Assembly (NCBI GenBank): GCA_964465285.1
Contig: CAYXJG010000002.1
Coordinates: forward strand, 1 to 44,539
Length of the DNA stretch: 44,539 nt
Direction: 5' to 3'
From: an uncultured bacterium
GTDB lineage: Bacteria; Cyanobacteriota; Cyanobacteriia; CAKZMO01
Each line of letters begins with the position of its first letter. Position 1 is the first letter of the stretch. The notes under the pieces are model-generated. The model had not been told where the DNA came from. It saw only the letters and a list, made by a program, of their open reading frames with translations, and did no database searches. Shown here piece by piece: positions 43,182 to 44,539 of this stretch. The position numbers and the translations under genes were made by a program.

Positions 43182-43928
43182 TTAAATAAACACCAGAGGT
43201 TTGTCTTTCAGAGGGGCGAATTTCTTAGCATCAAAGCGGTAAAGGCTGGCGGGACGCCCCGCCCCTCTCGACGCCTTGATGCCTGTATCGGTCAGAAACC
43301 CCAGCTTTAGCAATCGGCTGCGAAAGTTGGAATAATCCGAGAAATTTTCTCCTAAAATAATTGTATACAGTTGGTATAAATCGCTCAGGGTAAAGGTTTC
43401 TGGCAACACCTCGAAGGCAATGGGGCTGTACTCTAGTTTATTGCGGAGGCGCTGATAGCCGTATTTCAAGATTTGGTCATGGTCGAAGGCAAGAGGCGGC
43501 AGATGATCCAGGGGATACCAGGCGATGCCGCTGACCCCATCAGCAATCAGTTCTGCCTCAGCAAAGCGTACCAGGGCAAAGTAGCTGACCGACAGGTATC
43601 TGACTCCGTAACTATCTTCGGATTCTCTGGGATCACGTCCTGGCCCCCCGAAGGTGTAAAGCTGTTCCAGATAAAGATTTTCCACTCGGATCTTCTCAGA
43701 TAGGACTCGATACGCCCCATCTTCTAGGGATTCGCCCTGACGTACAAGGGTTCCGGGCAAGCTCCAGTTTCCCTCGTAAGGCTCATCGCGACGCATCACA
43801 AGTAAGACGAGTAAGCGACTCTGATCGGCGTCAACCGAGAAGATGACATTATCAACCCCAACCTTGAAGTCAGCGAGGCTGGCATTGACTAATGGGTGGG
43901 TAAGGTGCTCTTGGAGTGATCCTGACAT
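43182..43928 (-). CDS. nrtR: NrtR-like Nudix-related transcriptional regulator of NAD metabolism
   Basis: Degenerate Nudix box LPGTLVRQGESLEDGAYRVLSEKIRV, in which RExxEE has become RVLSEK. C-terminal winged-helix region FTLSDLYQLYTIILGENFSDYSNFRSRLLKLGFL..GRPASLYRF. Lies between nadD and nadE. Confidence 0.7.
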   Translation of the reverse strand: MSGSLQEHLTHPLVNASLADFKVGVDNVIFSVDADQSRLLVLLVMRRDEPYEGNWSLPGTLVRQGESLEDGAYRVLSEKIRVENLYLEQLYTFGGPGRDPRESEDSYGVRYLSVSYFALVRFAEAELIADGVSGIAWYPLDHLPPLAFDHDQILKYGYQRLRNKLEYSPIAFEVLPETFTLSDLYQLYTIILGENFSDYSNFRSRLLKLGFLTDTGIKASRGAGRPASLYRFDAKKFAPLKDKPLVFI

Positions 43929-44488
43929 TCGTATAGCTGTTTTTGGTGGATGTAAGCCTGGACGGGAGGTGTAACGGCATTGGGATTGCGCTCCTGACGG
44001 TAGGCGGTAGAAGAGATGGGCAGTCCTCGCATGTTGGCGATCGCCACCTCTGCCCCCACATCTTGCAGCCGATGGACGGCCTCTGGGTCAACCTCATAAC
44101 CGGGACGGGGAATCACCAGCAAGTCCACCTGGTGCAGCAACTCCTCTGCTCGATACCAGCTCAGAACCTTGCCCACCAAGTCGGAGCCGACCACCAGGGT
44201 AAAATCTGCGCCAGGCCATCGTTTTTGGGCACGCTGCACTGTCACCAGCGTCCTCGGACTACTCAACCGCTGATCACAGTGAATGTTGTATCGGGGGGGC
44301 TGAATGTCGGCAATCAGCAGCCCCAGCATTGCTGCCCGATGGTCAAGGGGCGTCTGGTGCTGCTTAAAGGGATTGTCCGACGCCCAAACCCAGACTTCGT
44401 CATAGTGATAGGACAGCCAGTTCAGAATTTGCTGATGGCCAGCGGTGGGGGGATCAGCACTTGTGCCAAAGAGAGCGATTTTGAGCAT
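43889..44488 (-). CDS. nadD: Nicotinate-nucleotide adenylyltransferase
   Basis: MLKIALFGTSADPPTAGHQQIL contains the (H/T)xGH nucleotidyltransferase motif. The 3' end overlaps the nrtR ORF by 40 nt. Confidence 0.85.
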   Translation of the reverse strand: MLKIALFGTSADPPTAGHQQILNWLSYHYDEVWVWASDNPFKQHQTPLDHRAAMLGLLIADIQPPRYNIHCDQRLSSPRTLVTVQRAQKRWPGADFTLVVGSDLVGKVLSWYRAEELLHQVDLLVIPRPGYEVDPEAVHRLQDVGAEVAIANMRGLPISSTAYRQERNPNAVTPPVQAYIHQKQLYECQDHSKSTLPTH

Positions 44489-44489
44489 A

Positions 44490-44539
44490 GGAGTGAGGAG
44501 TGGGGAGTGGGGAGTGGGGAGTGGGGAGTGGGGAGTGGG
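44490..44539. repeat. Heptanucleotide tandem array (GGGGAGT)n, STRR-like, running off the window edge
   Basis: GAGTGAG GAGTGGG GAGTGGG GAGTGGG GAGTGGG GAGTGGG.., starting 2 nt upstream of the nadD ATG. Confidence 0.9.

Noticed and set aside
1-44539. Search for tRNA, rRNA, tmRNA, RNase P or SRP RNA genes in intergenic regions
   Set aside because: I saw no T-loop (GGTTCGAATCC-like) plus acceptor-stem pairing and no conserved rRNA or SRP motifs. GGTTCGAT at about 13590 is part of a short tandem repeat.

Overview
This is a cyanobacterial chromosomal segment. The evidence is the density of the octamer palindrome GCGATCGC (HIP1), with at least 16 copies in the first 13 kb by eye, plus STRR-like heptanucleotide repeats. 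I support about 31 protein genes, mostly housekeeping. They are: DUF4349; a flippase-like membrane protein; a 4-gene PotABCD-type ABC importer; pcrA; an orphan family-5 solute-binding protein; DUF938; an operon of an acidic hypothetical protein, recG and a membrane-anchored GTPase; rpsB-tsf; metH; a thioredoxin-like protein plus permease pair; trkA-like and NhaP-type antiporter genes; merR; cydA and cydB; a dihydroorotase-like gene plus pyrR; and nadD-nrtR-nadE. I found no rRNA, tRNA or CRISPR array. Two things stand out. (1) Almost every intergenic gap holds ~100-bp palindromic MITE-like elements. There are about 26 copies in at least 9 families, with target-site duplications, two nested insertions, copy-specific compensatory stem changes, one copy splitting cydA from cydB, and two copies supplying stop codons. 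(2) Between 28.6 and 35.4 kb, one MerR-type promoter of the form CTTGACCTTAT..-N20-TAnnnT occurs three times on the minus strand. It sits in front of a three-Cys MerR regulator, in front of an unrecognisable Tat-exported ~320-aa protein just downstream of it, and 4.5 kb away in front of the thioredoxin-like/permease operon. That operon lies next to a dead ACR3/SBF-like transporter gene. I read this as a small, uncharacterised metal or metalloid stress regulon, and it is my best candidate for an undescribed system. Other oddities are a dihydroorotase homologue lacking metal ligands, in-frame tandem duplications in three genes, a heptamer array abutting the nadD start codon, and several decayed small genes. 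All family assignments come from motif recognition by eye, not from database searches.
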